Shown here in pieces: positions 11,936 to 23,299 of a DNA stretch of 64,000 nucleotides. The stretch is from Octopus sinensis. Lineage: Eukaryota. The DNA is taken from NCBI RefSeq assembly GCF_006345805.1, contig NC_042997.1:56110001-56174000 (forward strand), in the 5' to 3' direction. Positions within the stretch are counted from its first letter, which is position 1; each line of letters opens with the position of its first letter. A model generated the notes under the pieces. The model was not told the origin of the DNA. It was given only the letters and a program-made list of their open reading frames with translations, and did no database searches. Both the position numbers and the translations under genes were made by a program.

Positions 11936-14588
11936 CTCCCTCTCTCCCTTCCTTTTTCTTTGTAACTATTTATCTTCACCTCTTAACTGATATAAAGCAA
12001 TATTAAACATGTTGGTTGCTACCAACTTATTTAATTGGAAAGAATCGTAGAAAGAAAAGAAGGTGATAAATAAGAAAGAGAAAAAAAAATAACTCCGAAT
12101 ACCGTTTGTTTTATCTTTAGTCAATGCACGTTAACAGCGTTATGGGTGTTCACTTACCATGAATATAAAAATGCTATGGGACCAAATTAGAGAATGTTAA
12201 AGTCAAGTACAGTGAACTATGAATATCAATGTAGCTATAAATATGGGTTGGTCTGATTAAGCTGGGTCCACATATGTCCCTTGCTCCTTTTTAATGACAA
12301 CTGGGAGCCCCTGATTACGAATATTGTAATGCTAACTAAGAGATAGTATGGACTGTAACATAAATGCAAAAGCAAACCATTTCTTTAGTCTTTGTGCTTG
12401 TAATGCCTGCCTGGTGTACATTAAAAGTTGATATAAATGACAGTACACAGGAGACTGGCTCTAAGTTGGTTAGCTTTCACTTTTTATTCATAGAGATGTG
12501 CAAATATATTGCAACAAAATATGTGAAAGAAGTTGAAAATGAAAAAGAAAAAAAAAATAGTTATAATGCTTTGGCGAAAACTAATGTGACATATCTGTAC
12601 TGCTGCTACGGAATTCATTTGGCCTCTGCCATAATCCTCCACATAACCAAGTCATGTATGTTATATTTTTCCTTAGATAGCAATTTGTTTCCACAGAAAG
12701 AAAAAAGGAAAAGAAATGAAAAGAGCCAGTCCAATGATTATATGTGTATCAGAACTTTAACACACATCTTTGATAATTCTGATAATGGTTGATAGTGTAA
12801 AGCACTTTCTCCTGACCTATGTAGTTCTCCTGAGGTATGTTTGGCATTTTTGGCATGTCAAATCTACCCTCTACAGGCAACAAGGAAATTGTTTCAGGCA
12901 TCAAGCTTTTCTAAAAATTGCCCAGCGACTTATAAATCACCCGTAGAGCTAGTTTTTAAGAAATCCATTTTGTCATGGCTACCTGAGCTCTTGTGCATTA
13001 GAAGGTCTTGCCTAATGAAGTCAGGAATATCTATTCCTGCTACAACACTTTCTCAGTATACTCATGGGAGGAATCAACTGATTTCAGCCATTCTTGTCAC
13101 AAATATTTTCTTTCTGTGTTCACCTCAAAAAGCTTCTTAATTAAAACTGGATATGATAGACTAATCTCTCTAGAGACTTAGTTACAATGGCCTTTACCTG
13201 ACTACTGGAACAGCAGCCTTTCTCTATTTCCATGGCAACAGTGTTACTCCCCAGAGTGCTGTCCCTATGGTGTCTCTTCAAACATAGAGCAAATAAAATT
13301 CCAAAATGGCTTCCTCCAGGGAAGCAGAGCTAGTTGAAAGCAATAGAAATTGCACCAGCTCTCCTAACTTGACCCAGAGTAGCAGCACGTTTACTAAGCT
13401 CAAGGGTCACTTGTAAAATATGGAATTGGCTTCAGTTTTCTGTTTGTCAGCATCAAAATGCAGCTGCAGTTGTATGCAATGAGAAAGACTGGGCAGTCTG
13501 TTATTATATCTCTACATTTTCTAGTTGGCTTCAGTCTGTTCCTTGTATCTCGCTACTTCAAGGTTTGTACAGAGAATCCCAGTGCGATCCTGTATACATG
13601 CACTGATTAGGACACATGTTTCAGCATTAAAATCTAAGGCTCTTTACACACTCATGCACATGCATATGCACATATATGCACGCATGCATACAAGCTCACA
13701 CTCCTCTCCAACTCCAACAAAGTTATTACAACAGTCTGTGCTTGCTATAAAATGCTATTTTTGTTTAGATTCTCTTTCCTTTCCACAGTTTTCACTCCCT
13801 CTCTCTGTCTCCTCTTCTCTCTCCCTTCTCTCTCACACTCTTCATCATTTACACGAACATCATCTTCGGACTGAATTGTAAACACAGCATAATACTGTTA
13901 TAATTTTCAGCTAAATAAATCTATATTACTACTGCTCCAGTTTAATATTTATTTCGAAAGTAAATTAATACATTGGTGTGTTTACTATTTTTAGCGTCAG
14001 TATTTTGAGTTTGTTTTTGTTTTTGTTTTTTTTAATCTCCACTTTTCCCCTATTATTATTATTGTATTCTTTCTTTCCAACTGCCTAGTTTACTATTAAG
14101 ATATCCCTACTATTTCCCCTGTCTGTAGAATCTTTCTCTCTTCCAACAGCTTTGTCTATTCAGCTATTTAGTTAGATATTTCACTGTTTGGCTGAGTGTA
14201 GATTTGCCTCCTTCGTGCCCTCCCTCCCTCTCTCTCTCTATCTCTCTCTCTCTCCCTATTTGTGTATGTGTTGTTTATGTGCATGCATGTGTGTTTGTGT
14301 ATATATACACATTTATATAACAAGTATGTGTTATATAACACATGCTTGTTATATTACATATATAATATGTAATACAACATAATATATATAATATATAATA
14401 TTATATATATGTGTGTGTGTGTGTGTGTATAATATACACACACACATGTGACACATAGTTGTTATATTACATTTATGTGTATGTGTGAATATATATGTGT
14501 GTGTGTGTGTATAAATATATACCATCATCATTTAATGTTCGCTTTCTATGCTGGCATGGGTTAGACATATATATATGTACATGTGTGT

Positions 14589-14692
<104 letters not shown>

Positions 14693-14789
14693 ATACATAC
14701 ATACATACACAAGTACATCTATGTTAGGGCTTCTTAATCACTACCCTTGTGTTAAAGTGTATTATTCCATGAATAAACAGGTCTTCTGT

Positions 14790-15344
14790 AGTACTGCATA
14801 TCACTTTTCATTTTGGTCCTCCATCATATCTTCTGTGAGATGTAACTTCCTTAGGTCAACCTTCACCACTTCATCCCAAGTCTTTAATATCTCACTTCCA
14901 CTAACTTAGCATGCTCAGCACATTTATATGCAGCTCACATCCTCCATATATCACATGGTTGTAACGGTGCTGCCTCTTCTCTTGCACACTTCACTCAACG
15001 CTTCTTAAACTCAGTTTTGCTCTTAGCCCTTTGCTCTGGCATTTGTGCTCACTAACATTGCACATCCAATAGAGCATATCAGCTTCATTTCTTTTTATCT
15101 TTACAAGTTTTCCGCATTTAAAGCCCATGTCTTGCTACCATTCAGCATCACAGTTCTAACACAAGCATCTTAAAATCTGCATTCCACTCCGAGGGGAAAT
15201 GACCTAGCAGCAGTAATAGTTCCCTGAACTCTTTCCAACCCTTCCTTTCCTGGGCTACTTTACTTTCAGAGCAACCAACTCCCCTGCTAATTATATCCAC
15301 TAGATAACAGAAGCTATCCACTACATTTAGTAAACCATCTAAGC

Positions 15345-15345
<1 letters not shown>
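14790..15345 (-). mobile_element. Decayed RTE-clade LINE, RT C-terminal region
   Basis: Minus frame VVDSFCYLVDIISRGVGCSESKVAQERKGWKEFRELLLLL matches the RTE post-RT motif (V..F.YLG.......C...I..R....W..F..L). Further stops and frameshifts downstream. Confidence 0.75.
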
Positions 15346-15436
<91 letters not shown>

Positions 15437-15475
15437 AGCATGGAAAACAGACGTTAAACGATGATGATGATGATG

Positions 15476-15574
<99 letters not shown>

Positions 15575-15745
15575 GTATATATATATATGTATATATATAT
15601 ATATAGTATATATATATATATATATAGTATATATATATATATATATATATGTGTATATATATATGTGTATATATATATGTGTATATATATATATGTGTAT
15701 ATATATATATATATGTATATATATATGTATATATATATATGTATG
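15341..15745. repeat. Compound (TA)n/(TG)n microsatellite with a short family C tail fragment
   Basis: Directly visible. Confidence 0.95.
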
Positions 15746-15915
15746 TAAAGGTGAGATCCAAGGATTCAGGTGTAAGAAGTTAGTAAGCTTCAAACAGTCC
15801 ATAGAAGGTATAAAAACAACTTTCAGGGACAATAGTGTTTTATTGACGAGGTTCTACTAGCTAGGAAACATATGTAGCCTGGATTTTACCTACACCATTC
15901 CCTAAATTTGGCTAT

Positions 15916-15967
<52 letters not shown>

Positions 15968-15971
<4 letters not shown>

Positions 15972-16216
15972 TCATCATCATCATCATCATCGTTTAACGT
16001 CCGTTTTCCGCGCTAGCACGGGTTGGACAGTTTCGACCGGGGTCTGGGGAGCTAGGGACTGCCCCAGGCTCCAGTCTAGTCTGGCATTGTTTCTACAGCT
16101 GGATGCCCTTCCTAACGCCAACCACTCCGCGAGTGTAGTGGGTGTTTTTTACGTGCCACCTGCACAGGTGCCAGAGGGGTCTGGCATCGGCCACGTTCGG
16201 ATGGTGCTTTTTATGT
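15968..16216 (-). mobile_element. Repeat family C
   Basis: (ATC)n-CGTTTAACGTCCG start, family body on the minus strand. Confidence 0.8.
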
Positions 16217-16342
16217 GGGGGGGGGGCAGAAATATAGGGGAGCACCAGTGGGGAGGGGTGGTTCAGAGAAATGATGACAGGTTCTAGGCAAGTAGAACGT
16301 AGGATATCAAGAGAGGGGTAATGCATGGTGAAATAGCGTATT

Positions 16343-16504
16343 GAAGGTCTACAATCGAAGGGCCTTAGAGTCAATCTAGCAAAAACCAAAGTCTTAATAA
16401 GTAGGAAGGCAGACAAACCACAAATCCCTTCAGGTAGATGGCCCTGCTCAATCTGTAGAAAAGGCAGAGGTAGAAACTCCATAAGATGTACACGGTGTAA
16501 GCTA
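16343..16504 (+). mobile_element. RTE-clade LINE fragment (end of RT plus Cys-rich insert)
   Basis: Open frame EGLQSKGLRVNLAKTKVLISRKADKPQIPSGRWPCSICRKGRGRNSIRCTRCKL. GL.VN..KTKV is the RT thumb-entry motif. Confidence 0.75.
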
Positions 16505-16585
16505 TATATATATAAAATATGTGTGTATACATACATACGTCTTCAGCAAGACATGAGGGATTTATCTTGTGACTGCTTTGTGACC

Positions 16586-17240
16586 TCACTGGTGTTGGTG
16601 CCACATAAAAAGCACCCAGTGATTGGTGTTAGGAAGGGCACCCAGCCATAGAAACCATGCCAAAGCAGACATAGAACGGGCTCATCTGTTCTTGTCAAAC
16701 CATCCAACCTATGCCAGTTTAGGAAAGGGGATGTTAAATGATGATGATGATGATAAACATGCATACGTGTGTTATATATTTGTGTGTCATGTGCATGTGC
16801 ATCTGTGTGTGTTTATATCATATTTGAAGACAAATGGAATAAAGATCTCTTACTTGAAGGGTCAACAATAGAAAAGTGGTAAATTAATACCTCAATAAGT
16901 TTTCATCCAACATATACTTGAATCAACATAAAATGGACAAGTGAAGATGTATGTGTGTGTGTGCATATATATATATATATAGATATAGATATCATCATTA
17001 TCATCATCGTTTAACGTACATTTTCCATGCTGGCATGGTTTGGACTGTTTGACTGGGGACTGGCAAGCCAGGAGGCTGCACCAGGCTCCCTGGCAAGGTT
17101 TCTACAGCTGGATGCCCTTCCTAATGCCAACCACTCTGAGAGTGTAGTGGGTGCTTTTGACGTGCCACCAGTATGGGAGCCAGTCAGGCGGCACTGGCAT
17201 CGACCCATGCATGAATGGTGCTTATTGCGTGCCACCAGCA
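16586..17240. mobile_element. Two convergent family C copies (~16586-16754 + and ~16991-17240 -)
   Basis: Both carry the TAGGAAGGGCA core and a (GAT)n/(ATC)n tail, in opposite orientations. Confidence 0.75.
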
Positions 17241-17637
17241 TATACATATATGTATATATTTATACATTTATGTATGTATCTATGTATATATTTACAAATA
17301 TGTGTGTGTGTGTGTGTGTGTGTGTGTATACACACATATAACCTAGCTCAATCCATATAACCTAGCTCTCTATCTATAAATCTATCCATGTATTTATTAT
17401 TGTGTCCCTTTACCTATTTTATTTTATTGTTTCATGTATATTTTACCTATCAATACACCTATCTATTCTTCAGCCTATTATTTTTGCATTTTTTTTACTA
17501 CCTAAAGATTTTTGGTTTATCTTCATTCACAATGTTGTTTCAAACCTTACATGCCATATTTCATTCATGTAAATTTTCTCACATTTCCTATTTGTTCCCT
17601 CAATCTTTCTCTCTGTGTTTCTCTTTGTCTCCCTGTC

Positions 17638-17685
<48 letters not shown>

Positions 17686-17744
17686 GCATATATATATATA
17701 TATATATATATATCTATACAATATGTTACATTACTCAGTAGTCA

Positions 17745-17807
17745 AGATAAAACTCTGAGTTTCAGATGCCGAAGTGGAAATCCACAACACCATCTCTTCG
17801 GTTATCT
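17745..17807 (-). ncRNA. Mirror copy of the hammerhead-like motif in the inverted PLE arm
   Basis: Exact reverse complement of 19195-19257. Confidence 0.6.
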
Positions 17808-17991
17808 GGCTATTTGAAAACGTTATGAAAAAATACCGTTAAAAATGAAGGGAAATTACTCTGTTATAACTCTGCTTTGCCTGTGTACTTATACATCGCT
17901 CGCATTTTTCGTCATAAAAATTATATAAAAATACATAAAAATATATAAAAATATATAAAATCTTCTTGGGACATTACACAGAAAGCATGTT

Positions 17992-18465
17992 CTATCCGTT
18001 TTCTTTAGGGGACCAAAAACGTAACAGAAATTTAGTCACATGTGGGCATGATCCGAAAAGCTCTGTCCTTGTATTTAGACATGTGGTAGGGTCTAAGCTG
18101 CTTTTCCAGATAAGCCATCTCTCCATGTCGCATAAACCGCACCTTCCGCTGCCGTTGGTATAGGGCTTACATCTGGCCAAAATCTTCCATTGTATGTTAT
18201 AATCGACACCTTTATCTCTTAAAGACCAAATATGATTGGATAATTGTGTCGCTTTTCTTTTGTTCCAGTGCCTAAAGCTCAAAGTGTGGTTATTGAACCT
18301 GGCCTTGAAATTACCCTCTGTCAGGCCCACGTATTTCTTTGTCGAAACGGTGTCTTTAGTGGTTATAGAGTTTACGGTAGCTTCATATATGATGGTCTTG
18401 GACATGCAAGCTCCATTTAGCGGGCACAATTCTTTATTCCTGCATGAACAGCTGTTTTCTTCTTG
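17992..18465 (-). pseudogene. PLE GIY-YIG endonuclease domain, uninterrupted frame but 5'-truncated (no RT)
   Basis: QEENSCSCRNKELCPLNGACMSKTIIYEATVNSITTKDTVSTKKYVGLTEGNFKARFNNHTLSF...LSNHIWSL...CGLCDMERWLI...LNTRTELFGSCPHVTKFLLRFWSPKENG*. Shows IYEA...YVG (GIY-YIG), a CxCx5C linker motif, CxxC and CxH. Confidence 0.88.
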
Positions 18466-19000
18466 AAAATTAGTTTTAGTTCAACTACCAATTTTAAAAA
18501 CATAATCAATCATAACATACAAAAAACACAAGAAGAAAACAGCTGTTCATGCAGGAATAAGAATTGTGCCCGCTAAATGGAGCTTGCATGTCCAAGACCA
18601 TCATATATGAAGCTACCGTAAACTCTATAACCACTAAAGACACCGTTTCGACAAAGAAATACGTGGGCCTGACAGAGGGTAATTTCAAGGCCAGGTTCAA
18701 TAACCACACTTTGAGCTTTAGGCACTGGAACAAAAGAAAAGCGACACAATTATCCAATCATATTTGGTCTTTAAGAGATAAAGGTGTCGATTATAACATA
18801 CAATGGAAGATTTTGCCAGATGTAAGCCCTATACCAACGGCAGCGGAAGGTGCGGTTTATGCGACATGGAGAGATGGCTTATCTGGAAAAGCAGCTTAGA
18901 CCCTACCACATGTCTAAATACAAGGACAGAGCTTTTCGGATCATGCCCACATGTGACTAAATTTCTGTTACGTTTTTGGTCCCCTAAAGAAAACGGATAG
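18466..19000 (+). pseudogene. Second PLE endonuclease copy, 63 bp longer at the 5' end, with two 1-bp deletions
   Basis: The spacer reads in frame as KISFSSTTNFKNIINHNIQKT into QEENSCSCRN. Frameshifts at ~18560 (aaa to aa) and ~18815 (gg to g) relative to the left arm. Confidence 0.85.
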
Positions 19001-19194
19001 AACATGCTTTCTGTGTAATGTCCCAAGAAGATTTTATATATTTTTATATATTTTTATATATTTTTATGTATTTTTATATAATTTTTATGACGAAAAATGC
19101 GAGCGATGTATAAGTACACAGGCAAAGCAGAGTTATAACAGAGTAATTTCCCTTCATTTTTAACGGTATTTTTTCATAACGTTTTCAAATAGCC

Positions 19195-19257
19195 AGATAA
19201 CCGAAGAGATGGTGTTGTGGATTTCCACTTCGGCATCTGAAACTCAGAGTTTTATCT
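19195..19257 (+). ncRNA. Type I hammerhead-ribozyme-like motif in the PLE 3' repeat (atypical core)
   Basis: Stem I AGATAA(19195-19200)/TTATCT(19252-19257). Core CCGAAGA. Stem II GATG...CATC enclosing a GTGG-ATTT-CCAC hairpin. Then an extra T, GAAA, a palindromic stem III ACTC-A-GAGT, and a predicted GUU cleavage triplet at 19249-19251. Confidence 0.6.
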
Positions 19258-19353
19258 TGACTACTGAGTAATGTAACATATTGTATAGATAAATTTCCTC
19301 TATTTACATAATATTGAGGTCTCTTTCTTTCTTTTGTTATCTTACCGTTTTAT

Positions 19354-19387
<34 letters not shown>

Positions 19388-19945
19388 CTATTTACAATAT
19401 GTTTCTAATAGAATTACAGCCAAGAAACAGGTAGTCACAGTTAAGGTTTGTTGCAAATGTATTTATGTTTGCGTGTATCTGTGTCTGTGTGTGCATACAC
19501 ACACATATTAGTATGTATATATATACTGACATATGTATATGCATGTAAAGAAATTACTGCAGTAACTTAAAGGGGTCTATAACAGCCAGTAGCACTCATT
19601 TTATGGTGTTAAGAGGATGAGAGATACATTCTCCCCTGGGTATGATGCTAGTCTATTGCATATAATGTTCCCTGATGAATAAGTGACTATTGCTGAGAGC
19701 AATGTGAATTGAGGCATACAGAGTTAAGAGTATTGCCCAAAGACCCAAAATGCCTGCAATGCATTTCAACGCGAGTCATATGAGCTGAATGCCTCATACT
19801 GTATTCACTCAGACATTTGTTTCTCGTCATATTTATGTGGTGTGCATGTATGTATGATATATATATATGTATTTAGATATACACACGCATATATGTATGT
19901 ATATAGATACACATATATGTGTGTGTATATATACATATATGTGTG

Positions 19946-19981
<36 letters not shown>

Positions 19982-20492
19982 TGCATGTGTGTATATATAC
20001 ACATATATGTATGTATATATATATATACACATATATATATATATGCATATGTGTGTGTGTATATATATATATATACATATATACGTATATATATATATAT
20101 GCGTACATATATGTTTCTATGATCAAAATATCAACCATCTATATTATAGTGGATATGTGCATATATATGTAGTATGTGTGTGAATATATGTATGGTACAT
20201 GTATTTGAGTGTGTATGTGTGTGTATATATGATATACACACACACACACACATTTACAGACAATAGGTAAGAGCTGGCCGTAGAAAACTTGCCACACGCA
20301 TAGCGCTGCGTATATGTGCATAGAGAGCACATAGTAGTGCTCAGATTCATTTCCACTTACACTCTAAATTCTTCATCCTGGCCAAGGACCACAGCATCAA
20401 GAGTGGCTATAAGAGGAATCTAAAATGAGCTGATAAGGAGGCAGTAATGCAGATAAACAAGCACTATTGGGCTTACCACATAAATACATATA

Positions 20493-20852
20493 CCATATTT
20501 GATGGCCTATAAGATGCACAAGTGCATAGGACGCACCCTAGCCTAGGCCATACTTTTGTAAAATAAATTACCACGAAAACAATGTTCTAATTCCTCCACT
20601 TACCTGTATAACTTTATGTTATAAACAGTAATTATAAGCAATTTATTGCATTCACATTCGATATAAACATACCGTAGGTGATTGTTCACCAATAGATGGC
20701 AGCACACATTTTGTAAATATACATGACCTCTGATGTATAATTTCGGCTAACAGTCATGAGTTTAGAGCCCACATTGAGTGCATTGGATGCAGGGGGATTT
20801 TTTAAGCCATTTTGGCGTAAAAAAGGTGCATCTTATAGGCCATCAGATATGG
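20493..20852. mobile_element. 360-bp MITE with TA TSD (pogo/Tc2-like TIRs)
   Basis: 27-bp TIRs ccatat(t/c)tgatggcctataagatgcac with one mismatch; TA at 20491-20492 and 20853-20854. Confidence 0.88.
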
Positions 20853-20918
20853 TACATATACACATGTGTCTGTGTGTATATGTATATATATATATTTATG
20901 TATGTATATATATATGTA

Positions 20919-21195
20919 TGTGATCACGTGAGCGACCAGACCATCAGATGTTGTTACACATCGCTGGTCACAATGCGTTTGCATTGTTTTAGCCTTCGAA
21001 TGACCCCACCCCGCTGGCTAAGCGAGCAGGCCAACAGAAAAAAGAGTGGTGAAAGAGTACAGCAGGGATCACCACCCCCTGCCGGAGCCTCATGGAGCTT
21101 TTAAGGTGTTTTCGCTCAATAAACACTCACAACGCCCGGTCTGGGGATCAAAACCGCGAGTCTGCTGCCCTAACCACTGGGCTATTGCACCTCCA
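20919..21195 (-). mobile_element. tRNA-derived SINE, family E
   Basis: Minus-strand head GGAGGTGCAATAGCCCAGTGGTTAGGGCAGC with a degenerate B box; CpG-rich body between microsatellites. Confidence 0.65.
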
Positions 21196-21197
21196 CA

Positions 21198-21217
21198 TGT
21201 ATGTATGTATGTGTATG

Positions 21218-21282
<65 letters not shown>

Positions 21283-21287
21283 ATAAT

Positions 21288-21350
<63 letters not shown>

Positions 21351-21388
21351 ATATATATATTAATATATATATATATTATATATATAAT

Positions 21389-21456
<68 letters not shown>

Positions 21457-21687
21457 TATATATATATATATTATATATATATATAATTATATATATATAT
21501 ATAATATATATATATATATTATATATTATATAATATATATATTATTATATATATTATATATATTATATATATATTATATATATATATATATATATTAATA
21601 TATAATATATATATATATTATATAATATATAATATATATAGTATATATATATATATATTATATATATATATATTATATATATATATC

Positions 21688-21751
<64 letters not shown>

Positions 21752-21793
21752 ATATATATTATTATATATTATATATATATTATATATATTATA

Positions 21794-21838
<45 letters not shown>

Positions 21839-21848
21839 TATATATATA

Positions 21849-21939
<91 letters not shown>

Positions 21940-21962
21940 GTATATGTATGTATATATATATA
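21198..21962. repeat. ~760-bp interrupted (TA)n tract
   Basis: Directly visible. Confidence 0.97.
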
Positions 21963-22074
21963 GTTAATCCAAACAAGAAAACAAAAAGACAACAACGCAA
22001 GGATGTGGAAAAATAAAGTATTATTGGACGCTCAGGAAGAAGGGAAGAAGGAGGGTTTATATATATATATATAT

Positions 22075-22120
<46 letters not shown>

Positions 22121-22383
22121 AATATGCAAAAACATGAAGATATTACTATAATTCCAGCTTCCCTCATCAGGTGAAGGTTAACTATTAAGATTATTATGTA
22201 ACTCTGAACTTCAAGTGACAGCTGTTGAATTATAAAATTATGTATTTTGTTCATGGGATTCTGTACTTTTGGTGCTTTTTGTGAATATGTGTGTGTGTTT
22301 TAGTTTCTAAATATTTGTTGATATGTGTCTAAGTGGGTATACATATATGTATATAAGTGTCAGGCCTAATTGTGTTTATCTGT

Positions 22384-22439
<56 letters not shown>

Positions 22440-23299
22440 TCCCTCTCTCACTTTAGGTTAGTTAAATTATGCCTGTGACATATTTCAACTTCAAAAGGAA
22501 AATTCACTGCATAGAGAAAAAAAATTGTCTCCTATGGTAAAAGGGGTAAAAACACCATATCTCCATTTCTCCATGATAATTGCAATGAATTTGCCTTTAG
22601 AAGTTGAAATATGTCACATATGAATTTTAACTAACCTAAAGCTCGTTTATTCCTAATCACTGCTTGGTGCAGGAAGTCCACTAGTGCAACCCAGTCACTG
22701 ATGTTGACTGTTTTTAGTTAAAGCTATGACTTCGAATCTGCTCAAAGTTATCTCTCTTTGGTATTTCCCATTGAGGAAGGCTAAAGAGCCAGACACTCAC
22801 ATTTGGGATTCTGATAGAATGAGGTACTGGGCAGATATACAGTTTTTATGCCTTTTAATCATTTTCAGTATCTTCTCACTTTATTTTTCACTGCTCGCCT
22901 CTTTCTGTACTTCCTGGTATCTCTCCCTCTCCTCTGAGCTACCACTTAGGATTACCTCACCTCATTTTTATTACCCTCTTATGTCTGCTTTCACTCCCAA
23001 CACTTTCTCATATCAACCATCCACCCACTGTCCCCAAACCTCCATCCTTATCTGTATGTGGCTCTCTCCCCCCTCTCTGTCCTCTCTCTTTCTCGCTCTT
23101 TCTCCTCTCTCTCTCTCTCTCGCTCACCCCACTCACTCATGTTACTCATGATCTCCCTATTTTCTGATCTGTCTCCAGGCTTTCCCTTCTTTCTGATCTA
23201 TCTACAGGTTATAATATTGCTTCTTTCAATGCTTCCTCTACAGCCACTAGTCACATCCTCCTTCTCAAGCTATTTCTTCTCTTCCATACTGATAATTAC

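Larger units (their letters stand above)
17711..19355. mobile_element. 5'-truncated Penelope-like retroelement (PLE) as an inverted (fold-back) duplication, inserted in (TA)n; possibly Hydra clade
   Basis: Arm 17711-18465 is the reverse complement of arm 18529-19291. There is a 63-bp unpaired spacer and a ~64-bp one-sided 3' tail (19292-19355). (TA)n lies on both sides. Both arms encode a GIY-YIG-type endonuclease C-terminus. Confidence 0.9.

Noticed and set aside
15435-15860. ORFs rich in YI/IY/HT/CV (also 1529-1837, 14495-14909, 19805-20183, 21046-21533, 46338-46835, 57174-57797)
   Set aside because: Translations of TA/CA/TG microsatellites, which lack stop codons.
17992-18465. Selenocysteine recoding as in some Naiad PLEs
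   Set aside because: No in-frame TGA (all Cys are TGY), and the endonuclease is C-terminal, unlike Naiads.
17711-19291. Palindrome as a long-read missed-adapter or chimera artefact
   Set aside because: No adapter sequence in the loop, the loop is in-frame PLE coding sequence, the inversion stops at the element boundary, and the flanks differ. Read-level confirmation is still advisable.
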